64,000 nucleotides of DNA from Eledone cirrhosa (GCA_964016885.1 OZ024759.1:9238001-9302000), one strand, 5' to 3'; shown: positions 25,348-40,482, counted from the stretch's first letter. The notes: a model not told the origin generated them from the letters alone. Numbers and translations are program-made.

Positions 25348-25524
25348 CTGCAAATAGTGGAAATATAAAGGGAAATCATCACAATCATTACCACCACCAC
25401 CATCACTACTACTACTACTATCATCATCACCACCACCTCCATCAATAACTATTACTACTATCATCACCACCACTACCATCACCACCACCACTACCCCTAC
25501 TGCTACCGTCATGACACAAGATGG

Positions 25525-28500
25525 TGGTGAGCCCAACACTCTACTAAAGCCCAGGATGGTATTATGGTGAGCCCAACACTCTACTAAAGCCCTAGATGGT
25601 ATTATGGTGAGCCCAACACTCTACTAAAGCCCAGGATGGTATTATGGTGAGCCCAACACTCTACTAAAGCTCTAGATGGTATTATGGTGAGCCCAACACT
25701 CTACTAAAGCCCAGCATGGTATTATGGTGAGCCCAACACTCTACTAAAGCCCAGCATGGTATTATGGTGAGCCCAACACTCTACTAAAGCCCTAGATGGT
25801 ATTATGGTGAGCCCAACACTCTACTAAAGCTCAGGATGGTATTATGGTGAGCCCAACACTCTACTAAAGCCCTAGATGGTATTATGGTGAGCCCAACACT
25901 CTACTAAAGCTCAGGATGGTATTATGGTGAGCCCAACACTCTACTAAAGCCCTAGATGGTATTATGGTGAGCCCAACACTCTACTAAAGCTCAGGATGGT
26001 ATTATGGTGAGCCCAACACTCTACTAAAGCCCTAGATGGTATTATGGTGAGCCCAACACTCTACTAAAGCCCTAGATGGTGTTATGGTGAGCCCAACACT
26101 CTACTAAAGCCCTAGATGGTATTATGGTGAGCCCAACACTCTACTAAAGCTCAGGATGGTATTATGGTGAGCCCAACACTCTACTAAAGCTCAGGATGGT
26201 ATTATGGTGAGCCCAACACTCTACTAAAGCCCTAGATGGTATTATGGTGAGCCCAACACTCTACTAAAGCCCTAGATGGTGTTATGGTGAGCCCAACACT
26301 CTACTAAAGCCCTAGATGGTATTATGGTGAGCCCAACACTCTACTAAAGCCCTAGATGGTGTTATGGTGAGCCCAACACTCTACTAAAGCCCTAGATGGT
26401 ATTATGGTGAGCCCAACACTCTACTAAAGCTCAGGATGGTATTATGGTGAGCCCAACACTCTACTAAAGCTCAGGATGGTATTATGGTGAGCCCAACACT
26501 CTACTAAAGCCCTAGATGGTATTATGGTGAGCCCAACACTCTACTAAAGCTCAGGATGGTATTATGGTGAGCCCAACACTCTACTAAAGCCCTAGATGGT
26601 ATTATGGTGAGCCCAACACTCTACTAAAGCTCAGGATGGTATTATGGTGAGCCCAACACTCTACTAAAGCCCAGGATGGTATTATGGTGAGCCCAACACT
26701 CTACTAAAGCCCTAGATGGTATTATGGTGAGCCCAACACTCTACTAAAGCCCAGGATGGTATTATGGTGAGCCCAACACTCTACTAAAGCCCTAGATGGT
26801 ATTATGGTGAGCCCAACACTCTACTAAAGCCCAGCATGGTATTATGGTGAGCCCAACACTCTACTAAAGCCCAGCATGGTATTATGGTGAGCCCAACACT
26901 CTACTAAAGCCCTAGATGGTGTTATGGTGAGCCCAACACTCTACTAAAGCCCTAGATGGTATTATAGTGAGCCCAACACTCTACTAAAGCCCTAGATGGT
27001 ATTATGGTGAGCCCAACACTCTACTAAAGCCCTAGACGGTGTTATGGTGAGCCCAACACTCTACTAAAGCCCTAGATGGTGTTATGGTGAGCCCAACACT
27101 CTACTAAAGTCCTAGCTGGTATTATGGTGAGCCCAACACTCTACTAAAGCCCTAGATGGTGTTATGGTGAGCCCAACACTCTACTAAAGCCCTAGATGGT
27201 ATTACGGTAAGCCCAACACTCTACTAAAGCCCTAGATGGTATTACGGTAAGCCCAACACTCTACTAAAGCCCTAGATGGTATTATGGTGAGCCCAACACT
27301 CTACTAAAGCCCTAGATGGTGTTATGGTGAGCCCAACACTCTACTAAAGCCCTAGATGGTATTACGGTAAGCCCAACACTCTACTAAAGCCCTAGATGGT
27401 ATTACGGTAAGCCCAACACTCTACTAAAGCCCTAGATGGTATTATGGTGAGCCCAACACTCTACTAAAGCCCTAGATGGTGTTATGGTGAGCCCAACACT
27501 CTACTAAAGCTCTAGATGGTATTATGGTGAGTCCAACACTCTACTAAAGCCCTAGATGGTATTATGGTGAGCTCAACACTCTACTAAAGCTCTAGATGGT
27601 ATTATGGTGAGCCCAACACTCTACTAAAGCCCAGCATGGTATTATGGTGAGCCCAACACTCTACTAAAGCTATAGATGGTGTTATGGTGAGCCCAACACT
27701 CTACTAAAGCCCTAGACGGTGTTATGGTGAGCCCAACACTCTACTAAAGCCCTAGATGGTGTTATGGTGAGCCCAACACTCTACTAAAGTCCTAGCTGGT
27801 ATTATGGTGAGCCCAACACTCTACTAAAGCCCTAGATGGTGTTATGGTGAGCCCAACACTCTACTAAAGTCCTAGCTGGTATTATGGTGAGCCCAACACT
27901 CTACTAAAGCCCTAGATGGTATTACGGTGAGCCCAACACTCTACTAAAGCCCAGGATGGTATTATGGTGAGCCCAACACTCTACTAAAGCCCAGGATGGT
28001 ATTATGGTGAGCCCAACACTCTACTAAAGCCCTAGATGGTATTATGGTGAGCCCAACACTCTACTAAAACCCTAGATGGTGTTATGGTGAGCTCAACACT
28101 CTACTAAAGCCCTAGATAGTATTATGGTGAACCCAACACTCTACTAAAGCCCTAGATGGTGTTATGGTCAGCCCAACACTCTACTAAAGCCCAGGATGGT
28201 GTTATGGTGAGCCCAACACTCTACTAAAGCCCTAGATGGTGTTATGGTGAGCCCAACACTCTACTAAAGCCCAGCATGGTATTATGGTGAGCCCAACACT
28301 CTACTAAAGCCCTAGATGGTGTTATGGTGAGCCCAACACTCTACTAAAGCCCTAGATGGTATTATGGTGAGCCCAACACTCTACTAAAGCCCTAGATAGT
28401 ATTATGGTGAGCCCAACACTTTACTAAAGCCCTAGATGGTATTATGGTGAGCCCCACACTCTACTAAAGCCCTAGATGGTATTATGGTGAGCCCAACACT

Positions 28501-31500
28501 CTACTAAAGCTCAGGATGGTATTATGGTGAGCCCAACACTCTACTAAAGCCCTAGATGGTATTATGGTGAGCCCAACACTCTACTAAAGCTCAGGATGGT
28601 ATTATGGTGAGCCCAACACTCTACTAAAGCCCTAGATGGTATTATGGTGAGCCCAACACTCTACTAAAGCTCAGGATGGTATTATGGTGAGCCCAACACT
28701 CTACTAAAGCCCAGGATGGTATTATGGTGAGCCCAACACTCTACTAAAGCCCTAGATGGTATTATGGTGAGCCCAACACTCTACTAAAGCCCAGGATGGT
28801 ATTATGGTGAGCCCAACACTCTACTAAAGCCCTAGATGGTATTATGGTGAGCCCAACACTCTACTAAAGCCCAGCATGGTATTATGGTGAGCCCAACACT
28901 CTACTAAAGCCCAGCATGGTATTATGGTGAGCCCAACACTCTACTAAAGCCCTAGATGGTGTTATGGTGAGCCCAACACTCTACTAAAGCCCTAGATGGT
29001 ATTATGGTGAGCCCAACACTCTACTAAAGCCCTAGATGGTATTATGGTGAGCCCAACACTCTACTAAAGCCCTAGATGGTATTATGGTGAGCCCAACACT
29101 CTACTAAAGCCCTAGACGGTGTTATGGTGAGCCCAACACTCTACTAAAGCCCTAGATGGTGTTATGGTGAGCCCAACACTCTACTAAAGTCCTAGCTGGT
29201 ATTATGGTGAGCCCAACACTCTACTAAAGCCCTAGATGGTGTTATGGTGAGCCCAACACTCTACTAAAGTCCTAGCTGGTATTATGGTGAGCCCAACACT
29301 CTACTAAAGCCCTAGATGGTATTATGGTGAGCCCAACACTCTACTAAAGCCCTAGATGGTGTTATGGTGAGCCCAACACTCTACTAAAGCCCTAGATGGT
29401 ATTACGGTAAGCCCAACACTCTACTAAAGCCCTAGATGGTATTACGGTAAGCCCAACACTCTACTAAATCCCTAGATGGTATTATGGTGAGCCCAACACT
29501 CTACTAAAGCCCTAGATGGTGTTATGGTGAGCCCAACACTCTACTAAAGCTCTAGATGGTTTTATGGTGAGTCCAACACTCTACTAAAGCCCTAGATGGT
29601 ATTATGGTGAGCTCAACACTCTACTAAAGCTCTAGATGGTATTATGGTGAGCCCAACACTCTACTAAAGCCCAGCATGGTATTATGGTGAGCCCAACACT
29701 CTACTAAAGCTCTAGATGGTGTTATGGTGAGCCCAACACTCTACTAAAGCCCTAGATGGTATTATGGTGAGCCCAACACTCTACTAAAGCCCTAGATGGT
29801 ATTATGGTGAGCCCAACACTCTACTAAAGCCCAGGATGGTATTATGGTGCGCCCAACACTCTACTAAAGCCCTAGATGGTATTATGGTGAGCCCAACACT
29901 CTACTAAAGCCCTAGATGGTGTTATGGTGAGCCCAACACTCTACTAAAGCCCTAGATGGTGTTATGGTGAGCCCAACACTCTACTAAAGCCCAGGATGGT
30001 ATTATGGTGAGCCCAACACTCTACTAAAGCCCTAGATGGTATTATGGTGAGCCCAACACTCTACTAAAGCCCTAGATGGTATTACGGTAAGCCCAACACT
30101 CTACTAAAGTCCTAGATGGTGTTATGGTGAGCCCAACACTCTACTAAAGCCCTAGATGGTATTATGGTGAGCCCAACACTCTACTAAAGCCCTAGATAGT
30201 ATTATGGTGAGCCCAACACTTTACTAAAGCCCTAGATGGTATTATGGTGAGCCCAACACTCTACTAAAGCCCTAGATGGTATTATGGTGAGCCCAACACT
30301 CTACTAAAGCCCTAGATGGTGTTATGGTGAGCCCAACACTCTACTAAAGCCCTAGATGGTATTATGGTGAGCCCAACACTCTACTAAAGCTCAGGATGGT
30401 ATTATGGTGAGCCCAACACTCTACTAAAGCTCAGGATGGTATTATGGTGAGCCCAACACTCTACTAAAGCCCTAGATGGTATTATGGTGAGCCCAACACT
30501 CTACTAAAGCTCAGGATGGTATTATGGTGAGCCCAACACTCTACTAAAGCCCTAGATGGTATTATGGTGAGCCCAACACTCTACTAAAGCTCAGGATGGT
30601 ATTATGGTGAGCCCAACACTCTACTAAAGCCCAGGATGGTATTATGGTGAGCCCAACACTCTACTAAAGCCCTAGATGGTATTATGGTGAGCCCAACACT
30701 CTACTAAAGCCCAGGATGGTATTATGGTGAGCCCAACACTCTACTAAAGCCCTAGATGGTATTATGGTGAGCCCAACACTCTACAAAAGCCCAGCATGGT
30801 ATTATGGTGAGCCCAACACTCTACTAAAGCCCAGCATGGTATTATGGTGAGCCCAACACTCTACTAAAGCCCTAGATGGTGTTATGGTGAGCCCAACACT
30901 CTACTAAAGCCCTAGATGGTATTATGGTGAGCCCAACACTCTACTAAAGCCCTAGATGGTATTATGGTGAGCCCAACACTCTACTAAAGCCCTAGATGGT
31001 ATTATGGTGAGCCCAACACTCTACTAAAGCCCTAGACGGTGTTATGGTGAGCCCAACACTCTACTAAAGTCCTAGCTGGTATTATGGTGAGCCCAACACT
31101 CTACTAAAGCCCTAGATGGTGTTATGGTGAGCCCAACACTCTACTAAAGTCCTAGCTGGTATTATGGTGAGCCCAACACTCTACTAAAGCCCTAGATGGT
31201 ATTATGGTGAGCCCAACACTCTACTAAAGCCCTAGATGGTGTTATGGTGAGCCCAACACTCTACTAAAGCCCTAGATGGTATTACGGTAAGCCCAACACT
31301 CTACTAAAGCCCTAGATGGTATTATGGTGAGCTCAACACTCTACTAAAGCTCTAGATGGTATTATGGTGAGCCCAACACTCTACTAAAGCCCAGCATGGT
31401 ATTATGGTGAGCCCAACACTCTACTAAAGCTCTAGATGGTGTTATGGTGAGCCCAACACTCTACTAAAGCCCTAGATGGTATTATGGTGAGCCCAACACT

Positions 31501-34500
31501 CTACTAAAGCCCTAGATGGTATTATGGTGAGCCCAACACTCTACTAAAGCCCAGGATGGTATTATGGTGCGCCCAACACTCTACTAAAGCCCTAGATGGT
31601 ATTATGGTGAGCCCAACACTCTACTAAAGCCCTAGATGGTGTTATGGTGAGCCCAACACTCTACTAAAGCCCTAGATGGTGTTATGGTGAGCCCAACACT
31701 CTACTAAAGCCCAGGATGGTATTATGGTGAGCCCAACACTCTACTAAAGCCCTAGATGGTATTATGGTGAGCCCAACACTCTACTAAAGCCCTAGATGGT
31801 ATTACGGTAAGCCCAACACTCTACTAAAGTCCTAGATGGTGTTATGGTGAGCCCAACACTCTACTAAAGCCCTAGATGGTATTATGGTGAGCCCAACACT
31901 CTACTAAAGCCCTAGATAGTATTATGGTGAGCCCAACACTTTACTAAAGCCCTAGATGGTATTATGGTGAGCCCAACACTCTACTAAAGCCCTAGATGGT
32001 ATTATGGTGAGCCCAACACTCTACTAAAGCCCTAGATGGTGTTATGGTGAGCCCAACACTCTACTAAAGCCCTAGATGGTATTATGGTGAGCCCAACACT
32101 CTACTAAAGCTCAGGATGGTATTATGGTGAGCCCAACACTCTACTAAAGCTCAGGATGGTATTATGGTGAGCCCAACACTCTACTAAAGCCCTAGATGGT
32201 ATTATGGTGAGCCCAACACTCTACTAAAGCTCAGGATGGTATTATGGTGAGCCCAACACTCTACTAAAGCCCTAGATGGTATTATGGTGAGCCCAACACT
32301 CTACTAAAGCTCAGGATGGTATTATGGTGAGCCCAACACTCTACTAAAGCCCAGGATGGTATTATGGTGAGCCCAACACTCTACTAAAGCCCTAGATGGT
32401 ATTATGGTGAGCCCAACACTCTACTAAAGCCCAGGATGGTATTATGGTGAGCCCAACACTCTACTAAAGCCCTAGATGGTATTATGGTGAGCCCAACACT
32501 CTACAAAAGCCCAGCATGGTATTATGGTGAGCCCAACACTCTACTAAAGCCCAGCATGGTATTATGGTGAGCCCAACACTCTACTAAAGCCCTAGATGGT
32601 GTTATGGTGAGCCCAACACTCTACTAAAGCCCTAGATGGTATTATGGTGAGCCCAACACTCTACTAAAGCCCTAGATGGTATTATGGTGAGCCCAACACT
32701 CTACTAAAGCCCTAGATGGTATTATGGTGAGCCCAACACTCTACTAAAGCCCTAGACGGTGTTATGGTGAGCCCAACACTCTACTAAAGCCCTAGATGGT
32801 GTTATGGTGAGCCCAACACTCTACTAAAGTCCTAGCTGGTATTATGGTGAGCCCAACACTCTACTAAAGCCCTAGATGGTGTTATGGTGAGCCCAACACT
32901 CTACTAAAGTCCTAGCTGGTATTATGGTGAGCCCAACACTCTACTAAAGCCCTAGATGGTATTATGGTGAGCCCAACACTCTACTAAAGCCCTAGATGGT
33001 GTTATGGTAAGCCCAACACTCTACTAAAGCCCTAGATGGTATTACGGTAAGCCCAACACTCTACTAAAGCCCTAGATGGTATTACGGTAAGCCCAACACT
33101 CTACTAAAGCCCTAGATGGTATTATGGTGAGCCCAACACTCTACTAAAGCCCTAGATGGTGTTATGGTGAGCCCAACACTCTACTAAAGCTCTAGATGGT
33201 ATTATGGTGAGTCCAACACTCTACTAAAGCCCTAGATGGTATTATGGTGAGCTCAACACTCTACTAAAGCTCTAGATGGTATTATGGTGAGCCCAACACT
33301 CTACTAAAGCTCTAGATGGTGTTATGGTGAGCCCAACACTCTACTAAAGCCCTAGATGGTATTATGGTGAGCCCAACACTCTACTAAAGCCCTAGATGGT
33401 ATTATGGTGAGCCCAACACTCTACTAAAGCCCAGGATGGTATTATGGTGCGCCCAACACTCTACTAAAGCCCTAGATGGTATTATGGTGAGCCCAACACT
33501 CTACTAAAGCCCTAGATGGTGTTATGGTGAGCCCAACACTCTACTAAAGCCCTAGATGGTGTTATGGTGAGCCCAACACTCTACTAAAGCCCAGGATGGT
33601 ATTATGGTGAGCCCAACACTCTACTAAAGCCCTAGATGGTATTATGGTGAGCCCAACACTCTACTAAAGCCCTAGATGGTATTACGGTAAGCCCAACACT
33701 CTACTAAAGTCCTAGATGGTGTTATGGTGAGCCCAACACTCTACTAAAGCCCTAGATGGTATTATGGTGAGCCCAACACTCTACTAAAGCCCTAGATAGT
33801 ATTATGGTGAGCCCAACACTTTACTAAAGCCCTAGATGGTATTATGGTGAGCCCAACACTCTACTAAAGCCCTAGATGGTATTATGGTGAGCCCAACACT
33901 CTACTAAAGCCCTAGATGGTGTTATGGTGAGCCCAACACTCTACTAAAGCCCTAGATGGTATTATGGTGAGCCCAACACTCTACTAAAGCTCAGGATGGT
34001 ATTATGGTGAGCCCAACACTCTACTAAAGCTCAGGATGGTATTATGGTGAGCCCAACACTCTACTAAAGCCCTAGATGGTATTATGGTGAGCCCAACACT
34101 CTACTAAAGCTCAGGATGGTATTATGGTGAGCCCAACACTCTACTAAAGCCCTAGATGGTATTATGGTGAGCCCAACACTCTACTAAAGCTCAGGATGGT
34201 ATTATGGTGAGCCCAACACTCTACTAAAGCCCAGGATGGTATTATGGTGAGCCCAACACTCTACTAAAGCCCTAGATGGTATTATGGTGAGCCCAACACT
34301 CTACTAAAGCCCAGGATGGTATTATGGTGAGCCCAACACTCTACTAAAGCCCTAGATGGTATTATGGTGAGCCCAACACTCTACAAAAGCCCAGCATGGT
34401 ATTATGGTGAGCCCAACACTCTACTAAAGCCCAGCATGGTATTATGGTGAGCCCAACACTCTACTAAAGCCCTAGATGGTGTTATGGTGAGCCCAACACT

Positions 34501-37500
34501 CTACTAAAGCCCTAGATGGTATTATGGTGAGCCCAACACTCTACTAAAGCCCTAGATGGTATTATGGTGAGCCCAACACTCTACTAAAGCCCTAGATGGT
34601 ATTATGGTGAGCCCAACACTCTACTAAAGCCCTAGACGGTGTTATGGTGAGCCCAACACTCTACTAAAGCCCTAGATGGTGTTATGGTGAGCCCAACACT
34701 CTACTAAAGTCCTAGCTGGTATTATGGTGAGCCCAACACTCTACTAAAGCCCTAGATGGTGTTATGGTGAGCCCAACACTCTACTAAAGTCCTAGCTGGT
34801 ATTATGGTGAGCCCAACACTCTACTAAAGCCCTAGATGGTATTATGGTGAGCCCAACACTCTACTAAAGCCCTAGATGGTGTTATGGTGAGCCCAACACT
34901 CTACTAAAGCCCTAGATGGTATTACGGTAAGCCCAACACTCTACTAAAGCCCTAGATGGTATTACGGTAAGCCCAACACTCTACTAAAGCCCTAGATGGT
35001 ATTATGGTGAGCCCAACACTCTACTAAAGCCCTAGATGGTGTTATGGTGAGCCCAACACTCTACTAAAGCTCTAGATGGTATTATGGTGAGTCCAACACT
35101 CTACTAAAGCCCTAGATGGTATTATGGTGAGCTCAACACTCTACTAAAGCTCTAGATGGTATTATGGTGAGCCCAACACTCTACTAAAGCCCAGCATGGT
35201 ATTATGGTGAGCCCAACACTCTACTAAAGCTCTAGATGGTGTTATGGTGAGCCCAACACTCTACTAAAGCCCTAGATGGTATTATGGTGAGCCCAACACT
35301 CTACTAAAGCCCTAGATGGTATTATGGTGAGCCCAACACTCTACTAAAGCCCAGGATGGTATTATGGTGAGCCCAACACTCTACTAAAGCCCTAGATGGT
35401 ATTATGGTGAGCCCAACACTCTACTAAAGCCCTAGATGGTGTTATGGTGAGCCCAACACTCTACTAAAGCCCTAGATGGTGTTATGGTGAGCCCAACACT
35501 CTACTAAAGCCCAGGATGGTATTATGGTGAGCCCAACACTCTACTAAAGCCCTAGATGGTATTATGGTGAGCCCAACACTCTACTAAAGCCCTAGATGGT
35601 ATTACGGTAAGCCCAACACTCTACTAAAGTCCTAGATGGTGTTATGGTGAGCCCAACACTCTACTAAAACCCTAGATTGTATTATGGTGAGCCCAACACT
35701 CTACTAAAGCCCTAGATGGTATTATGGTGAGCCCAACACTCTACTAAAACCCTAGATTGTATTATGGTGAGCCCAACACTCTACTAAAGCCCTAGATGGT
35801 ATTACGGTAAGCCCAACACTCTACTAAAGTCCTAGATGGTGTTATGGTGAGCCCAACACTCTACTAAAGTCCTAGATGGTGTTATGGTGAGCCCAACACT
35901 CTACTAAAGCCCAGGATGGTATTATGGTGAGCCCAACACTCTACTAAAGCCCTAGATGGTGTTATGGTGAGCCCAACACTCTACTAAAGCCCTAGATGGT
36001 ATTATGGTGAGCCCAACACTCTACTAAAGCCCTAGATGGTGTTATGGTGAGCCCAACACTCTACTAAAGCCCTAGATAGTATTATGGTGAGCCCAACACT
36101 CTACTAAAGCCCTAGATGGTGTTATGGTCAGCCCAACACTCTACTAAAGCCCAGGATGGTATTATGGTGAGCCCAACACTCTACAAAAGCCCTAGATGGT
36201 ATTATGGTGAGCCCAACACTCTACTAAAGCCCTAGATGGTATTATGGTGAGCCCAACACTCTACTAAAGCCCTAGATGGTGTTATGGTGAGCCCAACACT
36301 CTACTAAAGCCCTAGATAGTATTATGGTGAGCCCAACACTCTACTAAAGCCCTAGATGGTGTTATGGTCAGCCCAACACTCTACTAAAGCCCAGGATGGT
36401 ATTATGGTGAGCCCAACACTCTACTAAAGCCCAGGATGGTATTATGGTGAGCCCAACACTCTACTAAAGCCCTAGATGGTATTATGGTGAGCCCAACACT
36501 CTACTAAAACCCTAGATGGTGTTATGGTGAGCCCAACACTCTACTAAAGCCCTAGATAGTATTATGGTGAGCCCAACACTCTACTAAAGCCCTAGATGGT
36601 GTTATGGTCAGCCCAACACTCTACTAAAGCCCAGGATGGTGTTATGGTGAGCCCAACACTCTACTAAAGCCCTAGATGGTGTTATGGTGAGCCCAACACT
36701 CTACTAAAGCCCAGCATGGTATTATGGTGAGCCCAACACTCTACTAAAGCCCTAGATGGTGTTATGGTGAGCCCAACACTCTACTAAAGCCCTAGATGGT
36801 ATTATGGTGAGCCCAACACTCTACTAAAGCCCTAGATAGTATTATGGTGAGCCCAACACTTTACTAAAGCCCTAGATGGTATTATGGTGAGCCCAACACT
36901 CTACTAAAGCCCTAGATGGTATTATGGTGAGCTCAACACTCTACTAAAGCTCTAGATGGTATTATGGTGAGCCCAACACTCTACTAAAGCCCAGCATGGT
37001 ATTATGGTGAGCCCAACACTCTACTAAAGCCCTAGATGGTATTATGGTGAGCCCAACACTCTACTAAAGCCCTAGATGGTATTATGGTAAGCCCAACACT
37101 CTACTAAAGCCCTAGATGGTATTATGGTGAGCCCAACACTCTACTAAAGCCCAGGATGGTGTTATGGTGAGCCCAACACTCTACTAAAGCCCAGGATGGT
37201 ATTATGGTGAGCCCAACACTCTACTAAAGCCCTAGATAGTATTATGGTGAGCCCAACACTCTACTAAAGCCCTAGATGGTGTTATGGTGAGCCCAACACT
37301 CTACTAAAGCCCTAGATGGTATTATGGTGAGCCCAACACTCTACTAAAGCCCTAGATGGTATTATGGTGAGCCCAACACTCTACTAAAGCTCTAGATGGT
37401 GTTATGGTGAGCCCAACACTCTACTAAAGCCCTAGATGGTGTTATGGTGAGCCCAACACTCTACTAAAGCCCTAGATGGTGTTATGGTGAGCCCAACACT

Positions 37501-37865
37501 CTACTAAAGCTCTAGATAGTATTATGGTGAGCCCAACACTCTACTAAAGCCCTAGATGGTGTTATGGTGAGCCCAACACTCTACTAAAGCCCTAGATGGT
37601 ATTATGGTGAGCCCAACACTCTACTAAAGCCCTAGATGGTATTATGGTGAGCCCAACACTCTACTAAAGCTCTAGATGGTGTTATGGTGAGCCCAACACT
37701 CTACTAAAGCCCTAGATGGTGTTATGGTGAGCCCAACACTCTACTAAAGCTCTAGATGGTGTTATGGTGAGCCCAACACTCTACTAAAGCCCTAGATGGT
37801 GTTATGGTGAGCCCAACACTCTACTAAAGCCCTAGATGGTGTTATGGTGAGCCCAACACTCTACT
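25525..37865. repeat. 40-bp satellite array, about 308 copies, with higher-order repeats
   Basis: Unit GGTGAGCCCAACACTCTACTAAAGCCCTAGATGGTATTAT; no indels seen, as the register holds across the whole array. Confidence 0.99.
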
Positions 37866-37930
37866 ACTGGGTCCCACACCATTGCTTTCCACGCTAAAAA
37901 AAACAACTACAATAAATAAGAATTTCTTAC

Positions 37931-37991
37931 TTGGTCATTGCCATTTCCATCAAACATTTCAAGATGGGGTAGTTCTCCCATGCAGCTGGAC
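37931..37991 (-). CDS. INTS1: INTS1 exon (GPAAWENYPILKCLMEMAMT)
   Basis: tttag|GT acceptor and AA|gtaaga donor; 61 bp; AAWExYPxLKxLMEMxMT motif. Confidence 0.92.
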
Positions 37992-38062
37992 CTAAACACA
38001 ATACCGTACATACTTGAATATAAGCCAAGAAATATGTGGGGGCAATTAAGACATATAATAGT

Positions 38063-38248
38063 TGTTTCTACTTTTGGCACAAGGCCAGCAATTACCCAGT
38101 GCATTACTGGTACTTTTATTTTATCGACCCCGTAAGGATGAAAGGCAAAGTCAACCTCGGCAGGATTTGAACTCAGACCATAAAGGGCCGTAACTCTATG
38201 CTGCAAAGCATGGCGTCAGACCCTCTACCGATACTGCCAATCCACCGT
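38063..38248 (-). mobile_element. tRNA-derived SINE with a Nin/Deu-like domain
   Basis: Minus strand: TGGCAGTATCGG A box, GAGTTCAAATCC B box, GCCTTTCATCC..GGGGTCGATAAAA..GTACCAG. Other copies: 175-360, 382-568, 15596-15800, 17623-17727 (GATACAATGAGAAATAAT TSD), 48296-48412. Confidence 0.8.
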
Positions 38249-38334
38249 TAAGACATATAATAGTGGGGTCAGCTGAGACATTATATATATATATATAAGC
38301 AGGGAAAAGCAGACGTAAAATGATGATGATGATA

Positions 38335-38640
38335 TATCATCATCATCACCATCATCATCATTATTTTACGTCCGCTTTTCCCTGCTTGCAAGGGTGGGAT
38401 GGGTCCTATTCATAACAGCATCTCTCTATTCGTCACGGTCCTTCGTCATGTCCCCCGTGAGCTTCAGTGATCTGAGGTCAGCTCTCACCACCTCCACCCA
38501 TGTTTTTTGTGGTTTTCCTCTACTGCGTCTTCCTTCCACTGGGATTTCTTGGCACTTCTTCACCCAGCAGTCATCTTCCACGAGCATCACATAGCCGTAC
38601 CAACGCAGTCTTCTCTCCTGCACACTACAGTTTATCCGTC
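38335..38640 (-). mobile_element. RTE LINE 3' fragment (short-UTR subfamily)
   Basis: ERRLRWYGYV...GKPQKTW followed by a (GAT)n tail. Confidence 0.85.
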
Positions 38641-38915
38641 TTATATATTATACAGTTGATGAAAGTTGGTTGATCATATAATCTGCTGACTTTTTTGTCA
38701 GCAGATGTAAAGCACTCAATGTTTTGTATTTTTAAGGATTTTCTTGGTAAGGTATCAACCGGAGTTTCAATATAATAAATACCACAAGAAACCAGTAACA
38801 TATCAATAGATAGGAAAATACATTTTATATAACCACTCTGACATCTTTGAAATACATATAATAGAATGATATAATAAAATGAAGATGTATGAATAAAACC
38901 TTCTCTCTTATTTAT

Positions 38916-38951
<36 letters not shown>

Positions 38952-39613
38952 CGTTCAAGAGTTGTGCTTTTTAAAATGGTTAAAATGATTCTTTTCATGC
39001 AATCTAAACTATAATAAAGTAAGGAGCGCAGGACTGCGTACGGTTTATAATTTTTTATCCCATTAGTAAAATAAGTTGGATTACTTTGAATAAATAATGA
39101 ATGAATATTTCATAATTTATCTACTAAATTTTGTGGCTGTTGATTAAATATATTTTGTTTATTTAAAAATTCACTTCTTTAAAATTTCTGAAATGTCAAC
39201 ACTTCCAGTTGGCGATCGCTTAAATAAACATACTAATTTTCTGTCACTAATTTTCTCCTAATGCAGTTTATATATAATATCGTCTTTTTTAATGTAACAT
39301 GGATTACGTTACTGATTAAATAAGACAGTGTAACACAGTCTTCGATCAATTTCTATGTATTATATATTGTCAATTACAATTTTATTTGATGTATCATATC
39401 TACATGTATATATACCTGCATATAATATCAATATACACACTACACATGCTAGCAGAAAACCACCCGAGGGGTGGTTTTTCTGCTAGCATGAATTTAAGGG
39501 GAGAAAATTTTACTGGCATTTACCATGGACCAAGAAATTAGGTTTTGAGATGAGCACTCTAAGGTTTCTCTGGTTTATAAGCACAGCTCTTTGTGAAATA
39601 TCAACAGATTTAA

Positions 39614-40482
39614 CCCTTTAGCATTTACATTACTCTATATTCACTATTATATTTTTGTGATAAAAGCTTTCCCACATAATATTAAATCTATGAGATTTTG
39701 ATATTATTTTTTTTTAACAGTACCTTAACATCAGTATGAGTGGCTGGTTACATTTGGTTTGAACAGAAAGAGGTGAGAAAATTCAAACCAGCCAAAACTG
39801 GCCAGAATTCTCTACCTCTTTCTGTTGAAACTGGCTGTAACTGGTCACTCAAACTGATGTTATGGTATTGTTCTCAAAATAAATACTTTCAAAATCTTAT
39901 AGATTCGATATTATGTGAGGTAAAGCCTTTACTGTGACAATACAATAGTATATATAGAGTAATGTAAATGTTATGTGAGATATTATGTGAGATAAAGTCT
40001 TTACTGTGAAAATACAATAGTATATATAGAGTAATGTAAATGTTATGTGAGATATTATGTGAGGTAAAGCCTTTACTGTGAAAATACAATAGTATATATA
40101 GAGTAATGTAAATGTTATGTGAGATATTATGTGAGGTAAAGCCTTTACTGTGAAAATACAATAGTATATATAGAGTAATGTAAATGTTATGTGCGATATT
40201 ATGTGAGGTAAAGCCTTTACTGTGAAAATACAATAGTATATATAGAGTAATGTAAATGTTATGTGAGATATTATGTGAGGTAAAGCCTTTACTATGAAAA
40301 TACAATAGTATATATAGAGTAATGTAAATATTATGTGAGATATTATGTGAGGTAAAGCCTTTACTGTGAAAATACAATAGTATATATAGAGTAATGTAAA
40401 TGTTATGTGAGATATTATGTGAGGTAAATCCTTTACTGTGAAAATACAATAGTATATATAGAGTAATGTAAATGCTAAAGGA
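39614..40482. mobile_element. Two piggyBac-type MITE copies fused in inverted orientation
   Basis: A plus copy at 39614-~39790 joins a minus copy at ~39791-40482, which has about 10 internal units. Confidence 0.75.

Noticed and set aside
25525-37865. CRISPR-like array
   Set aside because: The 40-bp units are contiguous with no unique spacers and no cas genes, and they lie in a eukaryotic intron.
38835-38870. CTGACA...GAAATACATATA hammerhead-like remnant
   Set aside because: The core is incomplete and stems I and II cannot be formed.
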